59,683 bases of DNA from Candidatus Lindowbacteria bacterium RIFCSPLOWO2_12_FULL_62_27 (GCA_001784175.1 MFPR01000024.1:1-59683); one strand, 5' to 3'. Positions 1-8,703 are shown, numbered from the stretch's first letter. Numbers and translations: made by a program. The notes: generated by a model from the sequence alone, not told the origin.

Positions 1-750
1 ATTCGAGAAGGGGGAATGTGGGGTAGAGGGTTCGGGAGAGGGGGCGCGTCTCCCGATAAAATGCCTCTCTTTTACCCACAGGAAAACCGGAAGACCCGTT
101 TTCAGTCCCTTGGCCAGGTGACTGACGGAGATTTTGGTTCCACCAACCATGATGAGGCGATTTCGTTTGATCGCGGAAACGAAGAGCCAGCCCGTGTTTT
201 GAATGAGGATGAGAATCGGAGCGCAGGTGTACCAGGCATCCATCAAGACGGTCAAAGTCCGACCGGCAAAAAAGGGCATGGATTCGTGCAGAATCTCGAT
301 GGCCAGCTGTATTTTGCTTTTGAATTTGGAGGCGGCACAGGTTTGTTTGGGGCGATATCCCCGGACGGCCCAAGCCCAGCGCTGAGGTTTGGATTTGAGA
401 ATCGCCGTGACGGCGCAGAGTCCTTTCACCAATCCATCCGAGCTGTGATGGATTCCGCTTCCTTCGATGGCGGGACCCTTGCGAGGGCAGGCGGTATCGT
501 CGAAAATAAGAATAGGATTGTCCTCGTTTTGGATCTCTTGGAAGGCCGTGAGTTGAAGTTCCTGTTCCAACGGCCGGAGCTTCCGTGCGGAACCCGTGAG
601 AAACTGATGGAGGCTGTCTATTCGGTGTTGGCCAAAAGCGCCGGCGATTTCCCGGATCGAGCGAAATTTGACGAGCCAGATCAGTCCGACCACAGGGACT
701 TCCAGGGGCGTGTATCCTGGACGATGCGGATCATTTGAAGAGCGTGGCCA
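1..750 (-). pseudogene. DDE transposase remnant (IS701/IS4-like)
   Basis: Manual translation of the minus strand (open to the window edge, absent from the ORF track) gives ILIFDDTACPRKGPAIEG...SKIQLAIEIL...VLMDAWY...GWLFVSAIKRNR, typical of IS701-like DDE transposases. There is an in-frame stop at ~751 and no ATG start, and similarity appears to end near position 100. Confidence 0.75.
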
Positions 751-804
751 TCACGGAATTTTGCCTTTGATTCTTTTTTGACATATAGTTAATGTAACGG
801 TCAG

Positions 805-1098
805 ATGGAAATTGCTTACAGTGTCAATGGGGTGCCCATTCGGCTGACACCCGAGCGCTGGCAACATATTGTTGAGAACCGTGATGAGTTGGCAGGCCGA
901 ATGGATGATGTCCTCTACACGATTGAACAGCCGGATTGGGTTTCAAAAGGGTATGCCGGCTGTCTGGCGGCATGGAAGGGATTCGGAAGAACCCAATATC
1001 TGGTCGTCCTGTATCGAGAACTGAGCCGAAATGACGCATTTGTGGTAACGGCGTTTTTTGCTTCTAAACCCAGGAAAGGACAAAAAATATGGCCTTAA
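805..1098 (+). CDS. Small protein, putative toxin of a DUF2283-associated toxin-antitoxin pair
   Basis: 97 aa, IRLTPERWQHI...PDWV...FVVTAF pattern, overlaps the downstream DUF2283 gene. Confidence 0.6.
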   Translation: MEIAYSVNGVPIRLTPERWQHIVENRDELAGRMDDVLYTIEQPDWVSKGYAGCLAAWKGFGRTQYLVVLYRELSRNDAFVVTAFFASKPRKGQKIWP

Positions 1099-1331
1099 GC
1101 GCGCTTAAAGCGAAAGACATTTCCGAGATTTTGAAGGTTGTTCCCAAGCTGGTCCAACTGCCGGCCCGGCGGATGCACGTGGACTACGACGAGGAGGCTG
1201 ACGTTCTCTACTTGAGTCTGCGCAAACCTCAGAAAGCCGCCGACAGCGAGATGCGGGACGACGGCATCATCCTCCACCGTCGCGGAAAGGCGCTGGTCGG
1301 AATCACCATCCTGGAAGCTTCAAAAAGATAA
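1089..1331 (+). CDS. DUF2283-family protein (putative antitoxin)
   Basis: DYDEEADVLYLSL...GIILH...LVGITILEASKR motif. Confidence 0.8.
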   Translation: MALSALKAKDISEILKVVPKLVQLPARRMHVDYDEEADVLYLSLRKPQKAADSEMRDDGIILHRRGKALVGITILEASKR

Positions 1332-1390
1332 TTCGCTCTTCGCCCTTTAGCATGGGTGAAGATTTAGGCCTCCGTCACGGGATGGCTCTG

Positions 1391-1819
1391 TCAGCGAATA
1401 TTCAGCAATACCTCAAACTTCCCGGCAGACACACCCTTTTCCCAGGGCCTTACCAACTGAAACCCCAGTCGAGCGACACCGCTCTCGATCGCCTTGAAGC
1501 GAAACTCCTGCGTCTCGAATCCGCCCGCCAGAAGCGCGGGTGAGTCCGGCCGGGAGACGCTGCTTTCAAGCGCCTGGGTCAACGACGTGTCCGACTCCAA
1601 GAGCACCCAAGAGTATCCTGTCCCGGGTTGGTAGTTCAGCCGAACCGCCACCGTCTGACCCATGGCAAGATGGACCTCACGCCCGGCCATGTCCGGCGTG
1701 ACGACCACCTCACTTGCCGGCGGCGACACGGTGGGCTGACAGGCCGCGAGCAAACACAGGAAACACGCCCGCAGGAGTTGGGGGGCTGTTACTGCTTCGC
1801 CACGCCGATGACGCCGCAT
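1391..1819 (-). CDS. Chagasin-family (I42) protease inhibitor lipoprotein; start uncertain
   Basis: Lipobox LLAAC; QPGTGYSW, GG..QEFRFKA and RPWE motifs. Confidence 0.8.
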   Translation of the reverse strand: MRRHRRGEAVTAPQLLRACFLCLLAACQPTVSPPASEVVVTPDMAGREVHLAMGQTVAVRLNYQPGTGYSWVLLESDTSLTQALESSVSRPDSPALLAGGFETQEFRFKAIESGVARLGFQLVRPWEKGVSAGKFEVLLNIR

Positions 1820-2352
1820 GACAACCTCGCGCCGGCCGCACCCGCCGGCTGGCTGGTCAGGTCATCCACCTTCGCGTGAACAATCACGGACCGCCCGATG
1901 ATCGTTTGCGCGCCGGACAGACTGAGCCGCGGGTCCACCCGGTCGTAGACGGCCCGGCCGTCTTCGCCCGCCTCGATGTTTCCGAGGTCCCCGACATGCC
2001 GGCTCTCCGTGTCCGGCCCGCCGTGCGGCATGCCTTCCGGATTAAAATGCCCGCCCGCCAAACTTCCGTCGGATGAACTGCAATCGCCATATTGATGGAT
2101 GTGAAATCCATGCGGCCCGGGCGTCAGCCCCTCAAGCTCGGCGTGAATTTTAACGCCGCCGGCATCGGCCGCAAACTTCACCCATCCCTTCACCGCCCCG
2201 GTCTCGGTCGGATGGAGCACGGCAATCGCCGAAGCGACCGCCGACGTGCCCGTGTCATGGGCGTGCCCTTCAACCGCATGAGCCACACAGACCGGCGATG
2301 CGAGGATCCCAAACACGCAGGTCGTTGCAAGACGCGACAAATATATATTCAC
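1789..2352 (-). CDS. sodC: Cu/Zn superoxide dismutase, exported
   Basis: HGFHIH, GGHFNP, HVGDLGN, GRSVIVH and GARLSCGVI motifs; signal peptide; AGGAGG before the GTG start. Confidence 0.95.
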   Translation of the reverse strand: MNIYLSRLATTCVFGILASPVCVAHAVEGHAHDTGTSAVASAIAVLHPTETGAVKGWVKFAADAGGVKIHAELEGLTPGPHGFHIHQYGDCSSSDGSLAGGHFNPEGMPHGGPDTESRHVGDLGNIEAGEDGRAVYDRVDPRLSLSGAQTIIGRSVIVHAKVDDLTSQPAGAAGARLSCGVIGVAKQ

Positions 2353-2602
2353 AGCGCTACACCTCCTGATACCAGTTTCGCTTTCTCATTCATCCATGTA
2401 CCAAATTCGCAGCCCGAATCAAAGCCGGGTCGCCGACTTCTTTACCGTCCAATGAAATTTCGTCTTGACTTTTTCACCTTTGGGATTGAAATCGTCAAAC
2501 GGAAAACAGCGCTTCCTCATCATCTCCGCCCCCCGCTGGCTTGCCGGCCTCCCGTAAGTATAACCGAAACGACGCCGAGTCCGCGAGAATCCATCCATGG
2601 AT

Positions 2603-2639
2603 AAAAAAGCGAGGCGGGCTCTCGTCTGGCCCGCCTCGC
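2603..2639 (-). terminator. Intrinsic terminator
   Basis: 11-bp perfect stem GCGAGGCGGGC/GCCCGCCTCGC, 9-nt loop, followed by T6 on the minus strand. Confidence 0.8.
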
Positions 2640-2687
2640 AAACGTCTATGGGGGTTTGTCCGCTGCTCGGCCTGTTATGTCTGATGC
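2603..2687 (-). ncRNA. Candidate ~85-nt sigma54-dependent small RNA
   Basis: Lies between a -24/-12 promoter and a terminator; no ATG-initiated ORF inside. Confidence 0.45.
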
Positions 2688-2695
2688 TGTTACTA

Positions 2696-2712
2696 TGGCA
2701 ATTGGCGTGCCG
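2696..2712 (-). promoter_or_regulatory. Sigma54 (-24/-12) promoter
   Basis: Minus strand reads CGGCACGCCAATTGCCA, matching TGGCACG-N4-TTGC with correct GG-N10-GC spacing. Confidence 0.6.
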
Positions 2713-2951
2713 GACACGATCAAGAAAAGGCAAATAAATGCAAGCCTCTGATAATCAACAGCTGGACAAACCTCGCATGGGAAGCTGAGTTGGACGCCGA
2801 CCTCCGCGTATGGTATTCAAAAGCATACGACTGTCAGAAATTGGATACGGGCCAAGAGAAACGCACGCTGGGAGGACCAATATTGTTATGTGCTGATTTT
2901 TCTGGTTGTAAACTTATTTTTTAGCGTTGTCGTGTTAGACTATATGCGGAA

Positions 2952-3644
2952 ATGAGTGGATCGCTGAGAGATATTTTCCAAACAAAGCATTGTTCGGTTT
3001 GTGGGACATATATGTCCAAGAGCGAGAACTTTTGTCACACGTGCGGTTCTGTAGAACGTCCGAAAATCACGTTCAAAATCAGGGTGATTTGTACATTGTC
3101 TATCGTTGCGATTTCTATGGCTTCAATCTCTCTTCAAATCGTGATCAACCCACGCAACGCATCCGTAAGCTCAGAGGAGATCCAAAATACATTATCGGAG
3201 GATGCTGTTGGCATGCCCCAACCCGAGTTCGTTGATGAACTCCTCACCGAATGGCGCGGCAAGGGATGGCGGGTGGATGAAATAGCAGGCCGTATACAGC
3301 ATCTATTCAAAGTAAACGGTAAGACAGTTCTCGTCCGGTACTCCGCGCATCCAAAGCATCATCAATTTATAATCACGCGCAATACAGTTGACTTCCTGAT
3401 ATCTGAACGAGGATATATCGTGGCTATTCTGGGTACATCAGAAAAAATTTTTATCCTGCCAATGGAACGTTTGTCGGATATCTTTCGAACTTCTTCGCCA
3501 CTATCCGGCGATAAAGAACATCGTAAATTCTCGTTTTACATTCGCCAGAATAATGCGGCATCGTGGTACTTCGCCATGCAAGGGCAAGAGGTGGATATTT
3601 CCGAGCAGTATCAAGCATTCAGTGCGTTGGAGCCTTATCATTGA
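2952..3644 (+). CDS. Hypothetical protein: N-terminal zinc ribbon, one TM helix, unknown C-terminal domain
   Basis: CSVC...CHTC motif and a hydrophobic segment; visibly lower GC than its neighbours. Confidence 0.6.
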   Translation: MSGSLRDIFQTKHCSVCGTYMSKSENFCHTCGSVERPKITFKIRVICTLSIVAISMASISLQIVINPRNASVSSEEIQNTLSEDAVGMPQPEFVDELLTEWRGKGWRVDEIAGRIQHLFKVNGKTVLVRYSAHPKHHQFIITRNTVDFLISERGYIVAILGTSEKIFILPMERLSDIFRTSSPLSGDKEHRKFSFYIRQNNAASWYFAMQGQEVDISEQYQAFSALEPYH

Positions 3645-3659
3645 CACCGGCCTCGTTCT

Positions 3660-3850
3660 TCACCCCGCCCAATTCTGCACCCGCAACCCCGGCACTCGCG
3701 CGAACCCGGCTCGTTGTTCGTCACCAGGATGCGATCGGGGGAAAGCGCGTGCGCGGCGATGAGCGCGTCCAGAGAGCCGATCTGCGTTCCACGCGACTCC
3801 AAGGCGGCCCGGAGCGGTCCGTACTCACGGGCCGCCAGGTCGTCGACGGA
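3660..3850 (-). pseudogene. vapC: Truncated, frameshifted VapC (PIN toxin) C-terminal fragment
   Basis: Reads DDLAAREYGPLRAALESRGTQIGSLDALIAAHALSPDRILVTNNE, then shifts frame to FARVPGLRVQNWAG-stop. Confidence 0.85.
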
Positions 3851-3856
3851 GGGCGA

Positions 3857-4822
3857 TCACGCCCAGAAGCCCGCCGTGTAAATCCGGCCGTGGGCGCGGA
3901 GAAGGCGGGCGAAGACGGAGACGGATTGGGCGCCAGGCCGGGAAGCGGTCGATTCCACGAGAAACCAGGAGGACGAGACGGTCAGACGGGATTTGAAAAA
4001 TTCCGCGCGCGCGTCGCCGATGACGGAGGAGATATTCGACACGCTCGTCCACGGAGATTTGGCGCGCGCGTCGCGGAGCCGCGCTACTTCCTCTTTTGTA
4101 AACCCGAGCGCGAGCATGACCGGCGGCGGCGCCGTGTTGAGGTTCACGCGCGTGTCGCCCGTGATCCGCACGCACGCCGCAAACGAATGGGATGCCTTCC
4201 CGTGGCGGGCCGTGCGGTCGAGCAGGTCCGCCGGGGCGCCGCGGATTTGGAGAATTTCCTCGACGGCGTCCAGCGGCGCGTTCCTGGCGCCGGTGAGCAG
4301 TCCCTTCGACTTGTAATAATCGGATTCGGCGCCGTTCAATCGGTGCAGGTCGTTCGAATCGATCCAGTCCAGAAGACTGGCCGAGAGGATGTCCCGCTCC
4401 TGGCGACGCAGGCCGAATTGCTCAAACAAACGCGACAGCATGTCCGGGTCGGCCGCATTCAGATTGATTTTGCCCTCCTCGTCCGTCACGTGGACCGCGA
4501 CCGCCCAACCGTTCAGCCGGCCTGGCATGGCGTGCGTGTCGGCCCAAGGTTCGCCCGGCCAGTCCGGCGCGCCCGTATCGGCGCCGAGCCGGGCCTTGAC
4601 GCGCTCGAGACCCGCCTCGGCCGCGTAAAATCCCGCAAGCTGATCCGACGCGCCGCCCGATCGCTCGGACGCGTTCCGCGTCAGCCGCGTGTACTGCACG
4701 GACAGGACCGTCAACACCGACAGCATGGCGAGCGCCACGATCAAAATAAACCCGCGTTCGGATCGGGATTCTTGAAGACAGGACCCGCGTGTCAGAGGTT
4801 TTGAAATGGCTTCTTGTATCAC
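3857..4822 (-). CDS. gspK: Type II secretion minor pseudopilin GspK
   Basis: RG|FILIVAL prepilin site; DEEGKINLN, LDWIDSND, GAESDYY and VNLNTA motifs. Confidence 0.9.
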   Translation of the reverse strand: MIQEAISKPLTRGSCLQESRSERGFILIVALAMLSVLTVLSVQYTRLTRNASERSGGASDQLAGFYAAEAGLERVKARLGADTGAPDWPGEPWADTHAMPGRLNGWAVAVHVTDEEGKINLNAADPDMLSRLFEQFGLRRQERDILSASLLDWIDSNDLHRLNGAESDYYKSKGLLTGARNAPLDAVEEILQIRGAPADLLDRTARHGKASHSFAACVRITGDTRVNLNTAPPPVMLALGFTKEEVARLRDARAKSPWTSVSNISSVIGDARAEFFKSRLTVSSSWFLVESTASRPGAQSVSVFARLLRAHGRIYTAGFWA

Positions 4823-5535
4823 GTGTCGGTACCGGCCGCGGACACGGCCGTCAGAGACTCCGGATCGATTCTCAAAAAACCCGCCGACTCATACTCCCCG
4901 CCGGAGGCGTCGCGGATTCTGAATTCCATCAGCCGCGGCGGCGTGTCGCCCGACTCGCCCCGCGGCGGCCACTGGCTGATCCCCCGGCGGTCGTCACGCA
5001 CCAGCACCGCCGAAAAACGGTCGACCCCCGACGCGAGTGGAATGAAAACGCCGCCCTCGCCCGGCTCGCCGCTCGCCGGCCACTGCCGGCGAAACACCAG
5101 GCGGCCGGGCGGTTGAAGGAAAAACCCGTTTTCCTCGATCCCGGAACGCGACTGCCGGATCATGTGCGCGCTGGAGGCGCCGGCGGCGGTCGTCAATAGA
5201 ATCCGGCCGGCCCCCGGCTCGGCCGATCGCGCAGACTCCACCATTGCGTGCGCCGCAACCCGCATCTGCCCCTGACCCCTGAGCGCCCTTCGGCCGCGCC
5301 GGTAGGCGTCGCCGCCGATAAAAAATGCCTGCGCGAGGACCGCGCTGATCATGCCCATGAGCAGGATGGAAAGGAGTAGTTCGACCAGCGTGACGCCCCC
5401 GTCCGCCGCACCCGCAGTAGCAGTAGGCGCCGCAGCAGTAGGCACAGTAACAGTAGGTGCCGCTCTTGACTTTTTTACTTTTTGGCAAAAAGTCAAAAAG
5501 TCAAGAGCGGCACACATTTTTTTTACGGCACACAT
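4819..5535 (-). CDS. gspJ: Prepilin-type protein, GspJ-like, with an unusually long repeat-derived leader
   Basis: G|VTLVELLLSILL N-methylation motif; position between gspI and gspK. Confidence 0.7.
   Translation of the reverse strand: MCAVKKMCAALDFLTFCQKVKKSRAAPTVTVPTAAAPTATAGAADGGVTLVELLLSILLMGMISAVLAQAFFIGGDAYRRGRRALRGQGQMRVAAHAMVESARSAEPGAGRILLTTAAGASSAHMIRQSRSGIEENGFFLQPPGRLVFRRQWPASGEPGEGGVFIPLASGVDRFSAVLVRDDRRGISQWPPRGESGDTPPRLMEFRIRDASGGEYESAGFLRIDPESLTAVSAAGTDT
5457..5513. repeat. 57-bp imperfect palindrome (REP doublet-like) inside the gspJ leader
   Basis: GTGCCGCTCTTGACTTTTT...AAAAAGTCAAGAGCGGCAC. Confidence 0.85.
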
Positions 5536-5543
5536 TTTATCTT

Positions 5544-5969
5544 TTATGGCCAGTATCGCTCTGTGCCCAGAGTTACGCCGCCGTCAGGTCCCGTAACCGA
5601 CAGATCGATCCGCACGAGTGCGCCGGTGTCAACGCCGGCCGGCCGGAAGACCGCCGTCCAGGAAACGTCGTCGTTCGGCGTGTCGAACCGTCCCGCCAGT
5701 CTCCCGGCCGCAGGCGTCTGCCGGCGCGCGACGATGCGCTCCATCGCGCCTTCGGCCAGAATCGCCAGCCGGTCATGGGACTGAACGCGCCGAAGGAGCG
5801 CGTGGGAAGCGGCTTGGGATTGGAGAACCGCAAGGACGCCGATCGTTACGATGACCATTGCGACGAGGACTTCGAGAAGGGTCATCCCCTGAGGGTGACG
5901 TGTTGCCGGATCGCGCCTATGGGTTAAATCTAAAATCCAAAATCTAAAATCTAAAATCTCAATTCTCAA
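5544..5969 (-). CDS. gspI: Prepilin-type protein, GspI-like
   Basis: G|MTLLEVLVAMVIV motif; TTG start overlaps the gspG stop. Confidence 0.7.
   Translation of the reverse strand: MRIEILDFRFWILDLTHRRDPATRHPQGMTLLEVLVAMVIVTIGVLAVLQSQAASHALLRRVQSHDRLAILAEGAMERIVARRQTPAAGRLAGRFDTPNDDVSWTAVFRPAGVDTGALVRIDLSVTGPDGGVTLGTERYWP
5926..5965 (+). repeat. Tandem heptamer (AAAATCT)n
   Basis: AAATCTAAAATCCAAAATCTAAAATCTAAAATCT; the same unit occurs at 41009-41041 and 58617-58649. Confidence 0.9.
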
Positions 5970-6400
5970 TCCTGAGTTTCCCAGCTCTTGACGTCCCCGT
6001 CTTCCCCCGTGCCCCCGTCCTTTCCGTCCCGGCCGAGCGAAAAGAGGTCGTAGGACTCCGGACTCGATTTGCCCGGGGAGAGATACCGGTACGGCCGGGC
6101 CCAGGGATCTTTCGGGACAGGCTTCTTAACATACGGCCCGCGCCAGTTGGTCGGCACGGGCGGCGACGAGGGCTTGCGATAGAGCGCGTCCAGGCCCTGC
6201 TGGCTGGACGGAAAGTAACTGTTGTCGAGCCGGTAGGCCTCGAGGGCCGTGCCGAGCATCTCGACCTGCGACCGCGCCGCCGCCGTCTTGGCCTGGCCCG
6301 TGCGCTGAAAGAGCTGCGGCGCCACCAGCGCGGCCAGAACCCCGATGATGATGATGACGACCAGCATTTCAACAAGCGTAAACCCTCTTTGCCGCTTCAT
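5966..6400 (-). CDS. gspG: Type II secretion major pseudopilin GspG
   Basis: RG|FTLVEMLVV, YRLDN, WRGPY, DPWARPYRY and SLGRDG motifs; AGGAGG RBS. Confidence 0.95.
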   Translation of the reverse strand: MKRQRGFTLVEMLVVIIIIGVLAALVAPQLFQRTGQAKTAAARSQVEMLGTALEAYRLDNSYFPSSQQGLDALYRKPSSPPVPTNWRGPYVKKPVPKDPWARPYRYLSPGKSSPESYDLFSLGRDGKDGGTGEDGDVKSWETQD

Positions 6401-6438
6401 GTCCACCTCCTGATTTGGAATAGGTTGGTCAGACTATC

Positions 6439-7626
6439 TTACCCGCCGCCCATCCGCATCATGGGCAAGAGCACCGCGGCGAAAATGAATCCCACCACGC
6501 CGGCCAGGCCGACGATCATGGCGGGCTCCAAAAGCGAGATCAGCGTCTTCGACCGCGTCCGCACCTGCGCTTCGAACACCTCGGCCGCGCGGTCCAGCAT
6601 GTCCGCCAGGTTGCCCGTGTTCTCGCCGACGGCGATCAGCCGCAAAAGCAGGCCCGGAAAGACCGGACTCGCAAGGCTCTCCCCGACCCCCCGGCCCGCG
6701 CGCACCGAATCCACCGCTTCCGCGATCCGCGCGCGCATCGCAAGGTTCTGCACGATGTCTTTCAGAATGTCCAGCGCGCGCAGAACCGGCAGGCCCCCGG
6801 CGAGGAGCGCCGAGAGCGTCCGCGCGATCCGCGCCGCCTCGACTTTTTGCCAGAGCGACCCCACCAGCGGCACGGCCAGCGCCCGGCGGTGCGCTTCCAA
6901 TCGCACGCGCGGCTTCTGATACATCTTCCACATCCCGGCGACGGCGGCCGCGGCGGCGATGAGCAGCCACGGGCCGGCGGACTGGAGATGCGCGCTGAGA
7001 CTCAGCAGCGCCTTCGTCGGAAGCGGCAGGTCCGCCTGCATGTCTTCAAAAACGGTTGCGAATTTCGGCAGGACAAAGAAGACCAGGAAGAAAACGCACA
7101 ACACGCCCACGATCAGCATCAGCGCTGGATAGATCAGCGCGGACATCAGCTCCGACCGCAGCGTCCGCATCTCGTCCAGGTACCGGCCCAGACGTTCCAG
7201 GATCGGTCCGAGCTTGCCGCTTTCCTCGCCCGCCGCCACCAGCCCCACGACCATCGGCGGAAAACATTCCGGGTGCGCCGACAGCGCCTTCGAAAACGAC
7301 GCGCCGCCCCGAAGCTCGACCTTGATGTCTCCCCACGCTTCCCGAAACGCGTCCGACTCCGCCAGACCCTCCATCTCGCTCACGGCCGACAGAAGCGGCA
7401 GGCCGGCGTTCAGAAGTTTCGCAAGCTCGCCCGTTGATTCCGCAAGCTCCGAAAGACTTCCCTTTCGGCGGCGCCGCTTCGCCTGCTCCGCCTGTTCGGC
7501 TTCGATGCTGATCGGATAAAGCTTCCGCGCCAGAAGCGCCGAAAACGCGTCCTCCCGGCGGTCCGCCGCGATCGTTCCTTCCGATACGTTGCCGTCCACC
7601 CCGGCCGCGCGGTACTTGAAGTTCAC
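6439..7626 (-). CDS. gspF: Type II secretion inner-membrane platform protein GspF/PilC
   Basis: AGEESGKL, ALIYP, GENTGNL and LLEP motifs; 395 aa. Confidence 0.93.
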   Translation of the reverse strand: MNFKYRAAGVDGNVSEGTIAADRREDAFSALLARKLYPISIEAEQAEQAKRRRRKGSLSELAESTGELAKLLNAGLPLLSAVSEMEGLAESDAFREAWGDIKVELRGGASFSKALSAHPECFPPMVVGLVAAGEESGKLGPILERLGRYLDEMRTLRSELMSALIYPALMLIVGVLCVFFLVFFVLPKFATVFEDMQADLPLPTKALLSLSAHLQSAGPWLLIAAAAAVAGMWKMYQKPRVRLEAHRRALAVPLVGSLWQKVEAARIARTLSALLAGGLPVLRALDILKDIVQNLAMRARIAEAVDSVRAGRGVGESLASPVFPGLLLRLIAVGENTGNLADMLDRAAEVFEAQVRTRSKTLISLLEPAMIVGLAGVVGFIFAAVLLPMMRMGGG

Positions 7627-7692
7627 GGGCCGATCCTATCTACACTTCAACCGCACTTCAAATCCGCCCCGATTCATGATGTTCTGTATGGC

Positions 7693-8703
7693 ATGGCCGG
7701 CATGAAACCGTTGAACACGCGCAAGGTTTCGAAAGGGGACACGGTGCTCCGCGAGGGCGACCGGACCGGTGAGGTCTATCACCTCCGGGAGGGGTCGCTG
7801 CTGGTGCTGAAGGGCGACACGATCATCGGGCAGGTCAAGGCCCCGACGTTCATCGGCGAACTCAGCGTGGCCCTCAACCGGCCCCGAAGCACCACCGTCA
7901 TCGCGCGGACCGACGCGACGCTCGACATCTACGACGGCAAGACGCTCCTCGAAAAGCTCACGCTCCAGAGCGACATGGGATTCCAGTTGATCGGCACGCT
8001 GGTGAACCGTTTCGAGATGACCAAACAGCGCATCAACGAGTACCAGCAGGCGATCATCAAGGAATACGTGAATCTCCTGGCGACCCTGATCGCCGAGAAC
8101 AAGATCAAGGCCGACCGGCTGCCGTTTACCGAGGCCAAGAAACTGAGACGCGACAACGAGATGATGCTGGACGGACTCCTGTCCCACAAGGACGCCTATG
8201 AGGACTACAACACGATGATGCGGCTGGCCGCGGAGAAGAAGACGGAGGAGGAATTCAAAAAACGCGCCGCCACGCGGTTCCGGTCCTTCGCGCCGGTCAA
8301 TCTCAAAACGTTCAAAATCCCGTCCGCCAGTTCCTTCCTCTCGCTCAAGGAAGGCATCGTCAAAATCGGCAACGAGATCGCGGTCCTGTCCCGATACCTC
8401 GCCGGATTTCAGGCGATGGACGTGGGATGCGTCGAATCCGAAATGACGCTCATGGAGGAGTCGGTGCCCTTCGCCGGGCGCGAACAGATGCTGCGCGAGA
8501 TATTGCTCGCGGACAAGACGAGCATCGAGGACATTCAGAAACGCCGCAAGGATTTCGACCTCGAGGTCAAGGGCATGGCCGCAAGCGCCGACCGGGACGG
8601 GACGCCGCTGGCGCCGGTCGCGAAACGATTCGGGCTGGACGTGGAATACGCGAAACAGTTGAGGAAAAAGTGGAAAGAAGGATTTCTGGGGAAAGCGCGG
8701 TAA
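7693..8703 (+). CDS. Cyclic-nucleotide-binding domain protein with an unknown helical C-terminus
   Basis: VLREGD..GEVYHLREG and FIGELS...PRSTTVIA motifs. Confidence 0.8.
   Translation: MAGMKPLNTRKVSKGDTVLREGDRTGEVYHLREGSLLVLKGDTIIGQVKAPTFIGELSVALNRPRSTTVIARTDATLDIYDGKTLLEKLTLQSDMGFQLIGTLVNRFEMTKQRINEYQQAIIKEYVNLLATLIAENKIKADRLPFTEAKKLRRDNEMMLDGLLSHKDAYEDYNTMMRLAAEKKTEEEFKKRAATRFRSFAPVNLKTFKIPSASSFLSLKEGIVKIGNEIAVLSRYLAGFQAMDVGCVESEMTLMEESVPFAGREQMLREILLADKTSIEDIQKRRKDFDLEVKGMAASADRDGTPLAPVAKRFGLDVEYAKQLRKKWKEGFLGKAR

Noticed and set aside
16-738. 240-aa plus-strand ORF
   Set aside because: Antisense shadow of the minus-strand transposase remnant
2092-2733. ORFs 2092-2604 (+) and 2419-2733 (-)
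   Set aside because: No recognisable motifs; the first overlaps sodC antisense and the second runs through a terminator and promoter
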